Shown here piece after piece: positions 8,293 through 17,359 of a DNA stretch of 64,000 nucleotides. The DNA comes from a bacterium (GTDB taxonomy: Bacteria; Electryoneota; B3-LCP). Position numbers and translations under genes: made by a program. The notes beneath the pieces were generated by a model. That model saw only the letters and a list, made by a program, of their open reading frames with translations. It searched no databases and was not told where the DNA came from. The DNA lies in the NCBI GenBank assembly GCA_026394195.1, contig JAPKYS010000023.1, positions 468,621-532,620 of the forward strand, written 5' to 3'. The first letter of the stretch is position 1. Every line of letters begins with the position of its first letter.

Positions 8293-8913
8293 CTATTCCT
8301 TGGGTTCTGAAGCCGGCGCCTCTTCGGCTGGCGCTTCAGATGTGGCACCGGGTGTTGGCGCTTCGGGTACGACTTCGGGTGCTGGTGCTTCAGGTGCAGC
8401 GTCGGGTGCTGGTTCAACAGGTGCGGCTTCTGGCGTTGGCGCTACCGCAGCTTCTGGCGCCTGAGCCTCAGACGCCGCTTCAACCGGCTCTGCTTCCGCA
8501 GCAACAGGTTCGGGCGCAGCTTCCTCTTTCTTCGGTTTCGCAGGTTGCGGCTTCACAACCACCGGAGCTTTATCGGTCTGGCGAAGTTTCTCTTCTTTTT
8601 CCAGCCGGTATTGGGCGACTTTTGACCAGATTTCCTCTTCCTGAACGCCATGCTTTTGCAGATCAAAAGCTAACATTAAACCGCGGCGTGATAACAGATT
8701 GCGTACGGTATCCGAGGGCGTGGCGCCTTCGTTCAACCATTTTAACGCTTTCTGGTCGTCGAGGATGACTTCAGCGGGTCTGGTCAGAGGGTTGTAATGA
8801 CCGATTTTTTCGATGTAAGCTCCATCACGGCGAACGCGTGAATCCACTGCAACGATACGATAAGCGGGTTGTTTTCTGCGACCCGTGCGCATAAGGCGAA
8901 GTTTAACGGACAC
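8293..8913 (-). CDS. rpsP: 30S ribosomal protein S16 with a long Ala/Pro/Glu-rich C-terminal extension
   Basis: The N-terminal 85 aa is canonical S16 (MSVKLRLMRTGRRKQPAYRIVAVDSRVRRDGAYIEKIGHYNPL). The C-terminal ~110 aa is a low-complexity AP(E) repeat tail. Confidence 0.9.
   Translation of the reverse strand: MSVKLRLMRTGRRKQPAYRIVAVDSRVRRDGAYIEKIGHYNPLTRPAEVILDDQKALKWLNEGATPSDTVRNLLSRRGLMLAFDLQKHGVQEEEIWSKVAQYRLEKEEKLRQTDKAPVVVKPQPAKPKKEEAAPEPVAAEAEPVEAASEAQAPEAAVAPTPEAAPVEPAPDAAPEAPAPEVVPEAPTPGATSEAPAEEAPASEPKE
8300..8520. repeat. Low-complexity GC-rich tandem-like repeats encoding the S16 APE-rich tail
   Basis: Imperfect ggtgctggtgcttca / ggtgcagcgtcg / ggtgctggttcaaca units inside the 3' part of rpsP. 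Confidence 0.5.
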
Positions 8914-8988
8914 GGAAAGTAGCCTCCAGTAACTGCTGACGAATTTCTTGCTAAACGATTACTTCTATATATGTACGAGTTGGATTTA

Positions 8989-10320
8989 TCAATTTAACGG
9001 AAAGGGGAATTTGGGTAATTTTCCGGGATGACCTTTGAACTTGGTCATTTGCCGCATCATGGTTCTTAGCTGCTCATATTGTTTAAGCAGTTGGTTGACG
9101 TCCTGGACGTTGGTTCCCGATCCTCTGGCGATCCTTTTTCTGCGGCTGCCGTTGATGATATGCGGTTTGCGGCGTTCCTGTTGCGTCATGGAACAGATGA
9201 TCGCCTCAGTCCGCTCCATCTCATTTTCATCGATCTTCATATCCTTGAACTGCCTGCCGATTCCTGGGATCATCCCGATTAATTGATCTAATGGTCCCAT
9301 TTTACGAATCTGGCGAAGCTGTTCCAGGAAATCTTCCAGGCTGAATTCCTGTTTGGCGATTTTTTGAGCGAGACGCTCAGCCTGTTCCTGATCGACGTTT
9401 TCCTGGGCTTTTTCAACCAGGCTGACAATATCGCCCATGCCCAAGATGCGGGAAGCCATTCGGTCCGGATGGAATTCCTCGAGTGCATCCGGTTTCTCTC
9501 CCGTTCCGATATAAACAATCGGTCTGCCGGTTACTGAACGAATTGAAAGCGCAGCGCCACCCTTGGCGTCACCGTCCAATTTGGTCAGGACAACGCCAGT
9601 AAAATCCAGTCGTTCCAAGAATTCCTGAGCCGCTCTGACCGCATCCTGTCCCGCCATTCCGTCAGCGACATAGAGAATTTCTGCGGGATGGATGGCTTCT
9701 CGAATTCGCGAAAGTTCAGCCATCATCCCGGTGTCGATGTGCAGACGGCCTGCCGTATCCAAAAGAACAACGTCCCGACCGGTGCGACGCGCTTCGGCAA
9801 GCCCATCCTTGCAGATGGATACGGGGTCAAGGATTCCCGGAGCCCACACGGGCAGATCCAGTTGACGACCCAACTGTTGCAATTGTTCAATGGCTGCCGG
9901 GCGGTATACATCGGCTGCGACCAGCAGAGGGAACCTGCCATTTCGTCTCAGACGCAGCCCCAGTTTGGCATTGAACGTGGTTTTTCCCGATCCCTGCAAT
10001 CCTACGATCATCACCACAACCGGCGGCAGTCCGGAAAGGTCAAGTTTCCGATTTCCACCACCCAGAACGTTCACCAGCTCATCGTAAATGATTTTAATAA
10101 CCTGCTGTCCGGGAGTTATGCTGCGGAGCACATCCTGCCCCTGAGCCTTATCCTGAACGCCGGTGATAAAATCTTTGACAACCTTCAGATTGACGTCTGC
10201 TTCCAGCAATATCCTGCGAACTTCACGCATCGATTCGCGGATATTCTCATCGGTAATGGACCCTTGTCCGCGAAGCTGCCGAAAGAATTTTTCAAATCGC
10301 TGAGTCAGCTGGTCGAACAT
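8989..10320 (-). CDS. ffh: Signal recognition particle protein Ffh
   Basis: SRP54 N, G (GLQGSGKTT, DTAGR) and M domains. 443 aa. Confidence 0.95.
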   Translation of the reverse strand: MFDQLTQRFEKFFRQLRGQGSITDENIRESMREVRRILLEADVNLKVVKDFITGVQDKAQGQDVLRSITPGQQVIKIIYDELVNVLGGGNRKLDLSGLPPVVVMIVGLQGSGKTTFNAKLGLRLRRNGRFPLLVAADVYRPAAIEQLQQLGRQLDLPVWAPGILDPVSICKDGLAEARRTGRDVVLLDTAGRLHIDTGMMAELSRIREAIHPAEILYVADGMAGQDAVRAAQEFLERLDFTGVVLTKLDGDAKGGAALSIRSVTGRPIVYIGTGEKPDALEEFHPDRMASRILGMGDIVSLVEKAQENVDQEQAERLAQKIAKQEFSLEDFLEQLRQIRKMGPLDQLIGMIPGIGRQFKDMKIDENEMERTEAIICSMTQQERRKPHIINGSRRKRIARGSGTNVQDVNQLLKQYEQLRTMMRQMTKFKGHPGKLPKFPFPLN

Positions 10321-10338
10321 GTTTATTGAATATTGAGG

Positions 10339-10839
10339 TTATGCCGCGCCATACCGTTTAAGAATCGTCTCGATCAGATTGGTGGTGGATTTCCCCGTCG
10401 TCAGCGCAATACGAACGACCTGACCTCCGTGTTTCCTGACGACGTCAGCGCCGACAATCTCGGCTTCCTGATAGTCGGCGCCTTTGACCAGAATATCCGG
10501 AAGCAGGGCTTCAATGAGTTGTTCGGGTGTATCCTGATCGAAAAAAGTGACGATATCCACCTGCCTGAGACAACTCAGCGCAAAAGCGCGGTCTTCCTCA
10601 ATGGCCAAGGGTCTTTTCTCACCCTTCAAACGCTTCACGGAAGCGTCGGTGTTTAAACCTACAATCAGCAAATCACCGAGGTTTCGAGCTTTAAGAAGAT
10701 AATCGAGATGGCCGCGATGCAATATATCGAAGACGCCGTTGGTAAATACGACGGACAAATCAGCTTGTTTCCATGACTCCCGCTGTTTTAATAAGAAGGA
10801 CCAATCAGTAATAATTTTAGCTGTTGCAACGTCCGCCAT
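10339..10839 (-). CDS. hldC: D-glycero-beta-D-manno-heptose 1-phosphate adenylyltransferase (RfaE domain II, stand-alone)
   Basis: Cytidylyltransferase-like fold with GVFDILHRGH motif. The ORF-track N-terminus (10840-10962) is a translated tRNA, so the start was moved to ATG at 10839 (MADVATAK...). Confidence 0.8.
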   Translation of the reverse strand: MADVATAKIITDWSFLLKQRESWKQADLSVVFTNGVFDILHRGHLDYLLKARNLGDLLIVGLNTDASVKRLKGEKRPLAIEEDRAFALSCLRQVDIVTFFDQDTPEQLIEALLPDILVKGADYQEAEIVGADVVRKHGGQVVRIALTTGKSTTNLIETILKRYGAA

Positions 10840-10885
10840 GGAATTTTTGGTCGTCCTGCTGGTATCTGACGATAATCGATTTAAG

Positions 10886-10959
10886 TGGGCGATATTGGAG
10901 TTGAACCAACGACCTCTGGTATGTGAGACCAGCGCTCTAACCAACTGAGCTAATCGCCC
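10886..10959 (-). tRNA. tRNA-Val (anticodon CAC)
   Basis: gggcgatTAGCTCAGTTGGTTAGAGCgctggtctCACataccagaggtcGTTGGTTCAACTCCAATatcgccca folds as a cloverleaf. It has a 7-bp acceptor stem, a GTTC T-loop and anticodon loop cuCACau. Confidence 0.8.
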
Positions 10960-10998
10960 CAATAGGTTACAAACGCCTGTGTGCAGCGTGATAGAAAA

Positions 10999-12000
10999 TT
11001 AATTGGTACTACAGGTCTGCAACTCTTCCCAGAGCTTATGCCTGTCTATGGGAACAACGCCCACCTCAGCGCAGACGATTGCTGCCGCAAAATTTGCCAT
11101 GGTCGCTGCTTCCATGACATCTGCTCCTGCCAGCGTCGTGACTACAAAGGCAGAGATGACTGTATCGCCTGCTCCGGAAACATCGTGAATCTTCCGGGCG
11201 CGCGTGGGGACATGCACTTGTTTTTCGCCGTGGTCAGAAAAAAGCGTCATCCCCTTGTCGCCGCGTGTGATCAGAACATACTTGCATTCGAGCCTTCGGA
11301 AGAGCTCTTTGGCTGCGGCGAGCAGATCTTCATCGGTGTTGATCTTGATACCCAACGCTTGTTCGGTTTCGCGCATGTTAGGCTTGAAAAGATCCACACC
11401 CCTGAAGTTGAAAAAATTATTAAACTTGGGGTCAACCGCCACAAATATTTTATGCTGATGGCAGATCGTGATGATTTCGCCGATCAATCTTGGTGTAAGG
11501 ACACCCTTGTTGTAATCTTCGAGAATAATTCCGTCTATTTCAGCGGTTCTTTCCCTGATAATCGCCAGAATACGATCTTCAACTGCTCTATGAATATCCT
11601 GTTTGGATTCAACGTCGGCGCGCACCACATGTTGATCGTGCGCGATGATGCGGGTTTTTATGGTGGTTGGTCGATCGATGTCGGTCACCACTCCGGAAAT
11701 ATCCATTCCAAACGCAGTAAATAGATCCCTCAGCAGTTTTCCTGGTAAATCATCTCCTACGACTCCAACCGGAAATGCGTTTGCCCCAATGGTCAGGATA
11801 TTATTGGCGACGTTGGCTGAACCTCCGAGTTTGACGGTTTCTGAGGTGACTTCAACCACGGGAACAGGCGCCTCTGGGGAGATTCTCTGAACATAGCCCC
11901 ACATGTAACGATCCAGCATCAGATCGCCCACCACCGCGATTTTTACACGGCTAAAATTATCAAAGAGCTCCTGCAAACGGGAAGAACTGAACTTTGTCAT
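10999..12000 (-). CDS. hldA: D-glycero-beta-D-manno-heptose 7-phosphate kinase (RfaE domain I, PfkB family, stand-alone)
   Basis: PfkB/ribokinase-like motifs (GGSANVANN, DVSGAGDT) and RfaE1-like N-terminus (KIAVVGDLMLDRY). Confidence 0.85.
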   Translation of the reverse strand: MTKFSSSRLQELFDNFSRVKIAVVGDLMLDRYMWGYVQRISPEAPVPVVEVTSETVKLGGSANVANNILTIGANAFPVGVVGDDLPGKLLRDLFTAFGMDISGVVTDIDRPTTIKTRIIAHDQHVVRADVESKQDIHRAVEDRILAIIRERTAEIDGIILEDYNKGVLTPRLIGEIITICHQHKIFVAVDPKFNNFFNFRGVDLFKPNMRETEQALGIKINTDEDLLAAAKELFRRLECKYVLITRGDKGMTLFSDHGEKQVHVPTRARKIHDVSGAGDTVISAFVVTTLAGADVMEAATMANFAAAIVCAEVGVVPIDRHKLWEELQTCSTN

Positions 12001-12163
12001 CAGCGATTATTTCACTTTCTTTGGCTCAATATAACAATAAATTCGTGTTAAAGCAACTGATTTCTTGCCGCTCCTTGGAGCAAATTTGATTCCAATTAGC
12101 CGATGTTTTCACAATATTCTCAATGGAGCTTCATGAATTGCGGAGGAAACTTACCGAAAACGT

Positions 12164-12191
12164 TAAAGTGTCTCTAAAAGGTTGCCGATAT
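12164..12191 (+). promoter_or_regulatory. Sigma-28 (FliA)-type promoter
   Basis: TAAAGTGT-N12-GCCGATAT matches the sigma-28 consensus TAAAGTTT-N11/12-GCCGATAA. It lies about 45 nt upstream of the MerR-like gene and the flagellin gene. Confidence 0.5.
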
Positions 12192-12238
12192 CAATAATGA
12201 GCGATTGTAATAAAAACCACCTGAAGGGGGGTGATACC

Positions 12239-12598
12239 GTGAGACCCAACAAAATGCCGGAAGACACATTGTATTCTATTGCTCAGGTGAATGCGATTAC
12301 GGGTGTCGCAAAACCTACCATTCGATTTTGGGAAAAAGAATTCCAGGAATTTCTGAGACCATTACGCACTCAAGGGAATCAACGTCGCTATAGTCGCGAC
12401 GATATTGACGTGATCGAGAAGATCAATGATCTAGTGCGTGTAGAGGGGTTCACCCTCGAAGGTGCTCGCAGAAAACTGGATAATGAATTGCAGCGTGAAC
12501 CGCACAACGCTGCGCAGGAAGTCGATCAGTTAGCCAAATTGGCTGATACGATGTCTGATTATCTCCTGAAAAAGCTATTGGACAGAACCACCGCCTGA
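12239..12598 (+). CDS. MerR-family HTH transcriptional regulator
   Basis: MerR HTH pattern (YSIAQVNAITGVAKPTIRFWEKEF...RRYSRDDIDVIEKINDLVRVEGFTLEGARRKL). The start is placed at GTG 12239 after a GGGGGG RBS. The ORF-track ATG at 12182 would lie upstream of the predicted transcription start. Confidence 0.65.
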   Translation: MRPNKMPEDTLYSIAQVNAITGVAKPTIRFWEKEFQEFLRPLRTQGNQRRYSRDDIDVIEKINDLVRVEGFTLEGARRKLDNELQREPHNAAQEVDQLAKLADTMSDYLLKKLLDRTTA

Positions 12599-12640
12599 TT
12601 CCGCAAACCAGGCGAACATCAGCTGTAAGGAAAAATCGAG

Positions 12641-13480
12641 ATGAGTACACGAATCAATCACAACATCCTATCTCTGACGGCACAGCGTAATATCTGGAGC
12701 ACGCAAAATGATCTGGATAAAGCCGTGAACCGCTTGTCGTCCGGGCTGCGTATCAACAACGCATGGGATGATCCCGCGGGGTTGGCGATCTCCGAGCGAT
12801 TCCGCGCTCAGATTGCATCAATGGATGAAGCTGAGCGCAATGCCAATGCCAACATTAACGTAATGCAGACTGCGGAAGGCGCTCTCTCCGTCATCGATGA
12901 GAAGCTGATTCGTATGCGCGCATTAGCGGTAGAGGCTTCCAACGGAGCTTTAACGGATACCGATCGTATCGCGCTGGACGTCGAATTCCAGCAACTTCGA
13001 TCGGAGATCACGCGAATCGCCAATGTTACCAATTACAACGGGTTGTACCTGCTTAATGGCGACTTCTCAACAGGGACGCCGGGAATTAAATTCCACATCG
13101 GCACTTATAATATCCAGAATCAAGACTACTACTACGTCAACTTCAATGCAATGACTGCATCTTCCCTGAGTCTCGAAGGTACGAACCTGTTGAACACAAC
13201 CAGCGCACAGCTATCGATTGGATCGATTGACGTCGCCATCGAATCCAAAGACACTGAGCGCACCAGAATTGGAGCCTACGTCAACCGGCTGCAAGGAACG
13301 ATTCAGCAACTTATGATTGCGCGGGAAAATTCCTCATCGTCAGAATCGCAAATCCGCGATGCCGACATCGCAGCGGAAATGTCCAATTTCATCAGGGCTC
13401 AGATCCTGATGCAGACAGGCATTTCCATGCTGGCTCAAGCCAACATGGTCCCGCAGATGGTATCGAAGCTCGTCGGTTAG
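12641..13480 (+). CDS. Flagellin (short form, N and C conserved domains, no hypervariable insert)
   Basis: N-terminus MSTRINHNILSL...LSSGLRINNAWDDPAGLAISERFRAQI and C-terminus RIGAYVNRLQGTIQQL...DADIAAEMSNFIRAQILMQTGISMLAQAN. AGGAA RBS upstream. Confidence 0.9.
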   Translation: MSTRINHNILSLTAQRNIWSTQNDLDKAVNRLSSGLRINNAWDDPAGLAISERFRAQIASMDEAERNANANINVMQTAEGALSVIDEKLIRMRALAVEASNGALTDTDRIALDVEFQQLRSEITRIANVTNYNGLYLLNGDFSTGTPGIKFHIGTYNIQNQDYYYVNFNAMTASSLSLEGTNLLNTTSAQLSIGSIDVAIESKDTERTRIGAYVNRLQGTIQQLMIARENSSSSESQIRDADIAAEMSNFIRAQILMQTGISMLAQANMVPQMVSKLVG

Positions 13481-13496
13481 TAATCCACGCGAGCTT

Positions 13497-13532
13497 TATT
13501 AAAAAAGTCCGGCGTCCGCCGGACTTTTTGTT
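13497..13532. terminator. Bidirectional rho-independent terminator
   Basis: aaaaaaGTCCGGCGtcCGCCGGACtttttgtttt lies between the convergent flagellin and ferredoxin genes. Confidence 0.65.
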
Positions 13533-13543
13533 TTCCCGCGAAT

Positions 13544-13735
13544 TTATTCCAGTGGGGGAATACAATCAACCGGGCAATACTCGACACAACGCGGGGAGTC
13601 GTAGTGACCCTTGCAATCGACACAGACGTTCGTATCGATGATGTAGATATTCTCGCCTTCTGAAATCGCGCCGACCGGGCATTCCGGTTCGCACGCCCCG
13701 CAGTTGATGCATTCCTCGGTGATCAGACGTGGCAT
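13544..13735 (-). CDS. 4Fe-4S ferredoxin
   Basis: Two CxxCxxCxxxCP clusters (CINCGACEPECP; CVDCKGHYDSPRCVEYCP). 63 aa. Confidence 0.85.
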   Translation of the reverse strand: MPRLITEECINCGACEPECPVGAISEGENIYIIDTNVCVDCKGHYDSPRCVEYCPVDCIPPLE

Positions 13736-13793
13736 TTTACCTCCTGATGTATGGTCAGAGATCTTTCCTCAGCTCGCATTGGCTGTAATGGAG

Positions 13794-14351
13794 TCATACC
13801 TCCATGATCTCTTCTTCCTTTTGACTTAGAACTTTATCGACATGTTCTATGTATTGATCTGTCAGTTGTTGATTTTGGGTTTGGAGCTTCTTCGATTCAT
13901 CTTCTGAGATTTTGCCGTCCTTCTCCTCACGCTTCAGATGCTCATTGACGTCTCGGCGAACATTACGGACCGCAACACGAGCCTCTTCGGCATATCTTTT
14001 AACCAGCTTTACCAAGTCCTTGCGCCGCTCTTCAGTCAGGATGGGGATCGCCAGGCGAATAAAAGTTCCATCGCTCATGGGCGTAAGCCCCAATTCGCTC
14101 TTCTGAATCTCCTTTTCGATCTTGCCGATCAAAGATTTTTCCCACGGCTGGATTATGATCATCCGTGGTTCGGGCGTCGACAGGCTGGCAACCTGGTTCA
14201 AGGGCACCTGGGAACCGTAGTACTCCACACGAATCCCGTCCAGCAGGGCAGTTGAGGCTTTTCCAGTACGGATTCTTAACATTTCCTGCCGCAGGGTTTC
14301 TACGGTCTTCTTCATCCGCCGTTCTGCTTCAGCCAAAGTGGGATGTTCCAT
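13794..14351 (-). CDS. frr: Ribosome recycling factor
   Basis: Full-length RRF similarity. 185 aa. Confidence 0.95.
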   Translation of the reverse strand: MEHPTLAEAERRMKKTVETLRQEMLRIRTGKASTALLDGIRVEYYGSQVPLNQVASLSTPEPRMIIIQPWEKSLIGKIEKEIQKSELGLTPMSDGTFIRLAIPILTEERRKDLVKLVKRYAEEARVAVRNVRRDVNEHLKREEKDGKISEDESKKLQTQNQQLTDQYIEHVDKVLSQKEEEIMEV

Positions 14352-14354
14352 AAA

Positions 14355-15071
14355 TTACCTCACCACAAGCGTTCCGACTGCTTCACCCATCACGATCTTT
14401 TTCAGATTTCCCGGAATCATGATATTGAATACCCGGATGGGTATTTGATTATCCATGCAGAGAGCCACGGACGTTGCATCCATGACCTTCAGTTCCTGTT
14501 GAATAACCTGGGTATAGGTCAGCGACGTATACCGTACCGCCGCCGGATTCTTTTCCGGATCACTATCATAAACGCCGTCGACTCGAGTCCCTTTAAGAAT
14601 GATGTCGGCGTGAACCTCGATGGCTCTCAGGGTGGCGGCTGTATCGCTGGTGAAATAGGGATTTCCAGTGCCGGCTGCAAAGATGACAATTCGACCTTTT
14701 TCCAGGTGGCGCATCGCCCGTCGGCGAATAAACGGTTCGGCGAGTTCCTGAACTGAAATGGCAGATTGAACGCGTGTCACCACGTCCAGTTTTTCGAGGC
14801 TGTCCTGCAACGCCAAGGCATTGATGATGGTCGCCAACATGCCCATGTGATCAGCCGTCGACCGGTCGATTCCTTGAGCCGCTGCCTGGAGTCCCCTAAA
14901 AATATTCCCACCGCCGATGACGATGGCGATCTGCACTCCCAATTCCTGAATTTCTTTGATTTCCATGGCAATGCGACGAACTTCGGCAGGATCAATGCCG
15001 CCTTTCTTCGCTCCTGCCATGACCTCGCCGGTCAGTTTCAGCAGGATCCTGGAGTAAAAGGGCTTGCTCAT
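14355..15071 (-). CDS. pyrH: Uridylate kinase
   Basis: UMP kinase motifs ([20 protein letters not shown]). Confidence 0.95.
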   Translation of the reverse strand: MSKPFYSRILLKLTGEVMAGAKKGGIDPAEVRRIAMEIKEIQELGVQIAIVIGGGNIFRGLQAAAQGIDRSTADHMGMLATIINALALQDSLEKLDVVTRVQSAISVQELAEPFIRRRAMRHLEKGRIVIFAAGTGNPYFTSDTAATLRAIEVHADIILKGTRVDGVYDSDPEKNPAAVRYTSLTYTQVIQQELKVMDATSVALCMDNQIPIRVFNIMIPGNLKKIVMGEAVGTLVVR

Positions 15072-15667
15072 TCACCAACCTTGAATCTAGAGAAGCGGCG
15101 GAGAATCAGATTTTCACCGAATTTGGCGGCTGCCTCAGCAATCAAAGCGCCGATTGTCTTGGTTGAATCCTTGACGAACAACTGCTCAAGCAGGCAGTTT
15201 TCAGAGAAATACTTGTCGAGCTTACCGTTGATAATCTTTTCTACGATGTCCGGTGGCTTGGGTTTCCCTTCACCCTCAACCTGCGCCCGGTAGATCTCTT
15301 TCTCCTTCTCGATGACCCCAGCTGGAATCTCTTCACGGCTTACGGTAAGTGGATTAGAAGCAGCGATGTGCAGCGATATGTCGCGCGCCAGCCTCTTGAA
15401 TTCATCGGTCTTTGCGACAAAATCAGTTTCACTGTTCAGTTCCAGCAACACCCCCAACTTGGCCCCAGTATGGATATAGGCTTCTACGACACCTTCCTTG
15501 GCGACTCGATCAGCTCGTTTTTCGACTTTGCTGAGACCGTGCTTACGAAGGACCTCGATGGCTTTCTCTTCATTACCATCAGCTTCAACCAGCGCTTTTT
15601 TACATTCCATCATCCCCGCGCCGGTTTTTAATCTGAGCTCTTTAACTATCTGGGAGGTTATCTCCAT
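15068..15667 (-). CDS. tsf: Elongation factor Ts (short form)
   Basis: [22 protein letters not shown]-like N-terminus and dimerisation core. 199 aa. Confidence 0.95.
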   Translation of the reverse strand: MEITSQIVKELRLKTGAGMMECKKALVEADGNEEKAIEVLRKHGLSKVEKRADRVAKEGVVEAYIHTGAKLGVLLELNSETDFVAKTDEFKRLARDISLHIAASNPLTVSREEIPAGVIEKEKEIYRAQVEGEGKPKPPDIVEKIINGKLDKYFSENCLLEQLFVKDSTKTIGALIAEAAAKFGENLILRRFSRFKVGE

Positions 15668-15740
15668 CTATTTCTCCAATCAATCACGTACAAGGTTGTC
15701 TTCACGTAATACCCCAGCATTCAGGGCGTCTAACCGCCAA

Positions 15741-16757
15741 TTACGTTTCCGGGGGTGGAACCGGAGCCGGTGGTTCGGGATTTCCAGAGGGTTCGGTGGG
15801 CGTCTGCGGTCTTGCGGCATTCTGCTGATCGGGTCTATAATTGGGGCGTGGTCGTCTATCGTGATGCGTCCGGACCGGTTCACCGGTCGAACTGGCATTT
15901 GCCGTAATACCTTCGGTAGAGAGGGTTTCATGTCTGCCTTCTGCCTGTGACGACTGTCCGGATCTTTCATCACCAAAACGATTGCGCGGTCTGCGACGGC
16001 GTCCAGCTGACCGCGGAGCGGCGCTCTCCTCGACACCAGTCGTCACCGCGACTTCAGCGGCGCGTCTCTCAGCAGCGACCGCCGCGGCTTCCGCGATGGC
16101 ATCACTGAGCGCCCGGGTGATCAAACCAACTGATTTGAAAGCATCATCATTCCCCGGTATTGGGTAATTGACGACGTCAGGATCTGCATTGGTATCGACC
16201 AGAGCCACGATGGGAATGGACAATCGCCGCGCTTCAGCAACAGCAATATGTTCTTTCTTGGTATCAACGATGAAAATGACGCCGGGCAGTTTTTTCATAT
16301 CTCGGATTCCACCGAGCGCCTTATCCAGTTTGGCTTTGTCTTTCTCGATGGTCAGACGCTCTTTTTTGTGGAGCTTCTCATAGGTTCCATCAGTGGAAAG
16401 ACGTTCCAGCGTTTGCAGATTTTTCAGGCTTTTCCTGATGGTGGTAAAGTTGGTTAACATTCCACCCAGCCAACGTTCGCAGACGAAAGGCATATTAATA
16501 CGGCTGGCTTCGCTTCGGATAATATCCTTAGCTTGCTTCTTCGTCCCAACAAAAAGAACCTTTTCACCCCGTTTGACGATTTCCTGTATCGCCGCGCAGG
16601 CTGTATCGATGCAAATTTGAGTCTTTTTTAAATCGATGATGTGGATACCGTGTTTAGCGTCGAAGATGTACTTTTTCATCTTCGGATTCCAGCGACGGGT
16701 CAAATGGCCGAAATGCGTTCCTGCCATTAATAACTGTTGAATTGAGACGTTGGGCAT
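15741..16757 (-). CDS. rpsB: 30S ribosomal protein S2 with a Pro/Arg-rich C-terminal extension
   Basis: Canonical S2 core (LLMAGTHFGH, residues 1-~245) plus a ~90-aa low-complexity tail. Confidence 0.95.
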   Translation of the reverse strand: MPNVSIQQLLMAGTHFGHLTRRWNPKMKKYIFDAKHGIHIIDLKKTQICIDTACAAIQEIVKRGEKVLFVGTKKQAKDIIRSEASRINMPFVCERWLGGMLTNFTTIRKSLKNLQTLERLSTDGTYEKLHKKERLTIEKDKAKLDKALGGIRDMKKLPGVIFIVDTKKEHIAVAEARRLSIPIVALVDTNADPDVVNYPIPGNDDAFKSVGLITRALSDAIAEAAAVAAERRAAEVAVTTGVEESAAPRSAGRRRRPRNRFGDERSGQSSQAEGRHETLSTEGITANASSTGEPVRTHHDRRPRPNYRPDQQNAARPQTPTEPSGNPEPPAPVPPPET

Positions 16758-16930
16758 ACTCTCCTCTTGATTGATGGTTTAGGGTTTTTCGACCACCACC
16801 TTCTTTTCGGCGCTCGATCCTCTTTGCGATTAGAGGACACCCGGAACGCTGATCCAGTGGTGTGATGATTTTTTTTAGTTCGAGGACGTCCAGAATCCGA
16901 TCCTGGGATTCTGGACGACCATCCGGGACA

Positions 16931-17335
16931 TTATCTCTTGGAGTACTGGAAGCGCTTGCGAGCTCCGGGCTGACCGTACTTCTTGCGTTCTTTCTCGCGC
17001 GGGTCCCGCGTGAGAAATCTGTTGCTTTTAAGATCGGTGCGAATCGCTGGATCATAGGTTACCAACGCCCTCGAAATTCCTAGAAGCATGGCTCCTGCCT
17101 GACCGCTTTTCCCGCCGCCTCTGACGTTGGCAACCACATCAAACTGACCTAACAGGTTCACTTTCTCGAAGGGTTGTTCCACCATGAGCTTCAGGGTTTC
17201 CCTGCCGAAATATTCAAGGAATTCCTTGCCGTTGACAGTCATTTTACCGCTGCCCGGCAATATCCAGACTCGGGCGACGGAGGTTTTGCGTCGTCCTGTG
17301 GCGTAAAAACGCTGTGTGCTATCACTGATTGCCAT
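16931..17335 (-). CDS. rpsI: 30S ribosomal protein S9
   Basis: GRRKTSVARV...GGGKSGQAGA...KRFQYSKR. Confidence 0.95.
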   Translation of the reverse strand: MAISDSTQRFYATGRRKTSVARVWILPGSGKMTVNGKEFLEYFGRETLKLMVEQPFEKVNLLGQFDVVANVRGGGKSGQAGAMLLGISRALVTYDPAIRTDLKSNRFLTRDPREKERKKYGQPGARKRFQYSKR

Positions 17336-17359
17336 TCGGTCCTCTATTCACGATTTGAT

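Noticed and set aside
8225-8464. Plus-strand 79-aa Gly/Ala/Ser-rich ORF and the overlapping 220-aa ORF (8106-8768)
   Set aside because: They are antisense to the rpsP low-complexity tail. Their composition is an artefact of GC-rich repeats, and they have no RBS or context.
9688-10329. 213-aa plus-strand ORF
   Set aside because: It lies entirely antisense to the well-conserved ffh gene and shows no domain similarity.
10840-10962. N-terminal 41 codons of the ORF-track 207-aa ORF (MGRLAQLVRALVSHTRGRWFNSNIAHL...)
   Set aside because: This stretch is the in-frame translation of the tRNA-Val gene. The real adenylyltransferase CDS starts at ATG 10839.
10981-11724. 247-aa plus-strand ORF
   Set aside because: It is antisense to the RfaE kinase gene. 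It is Cys/His-rich but has no recognisable fold and is likely a shadow ORF.
16654-17055. 133-aa minus-strand ORF spanning the rpsB-rpsI intergenic region
   Set aside because: It overlaps the rpsI C-terminus out of frame and the rpsB 5' UTR. The stretch is more likely the rpsB leader and promoter region.
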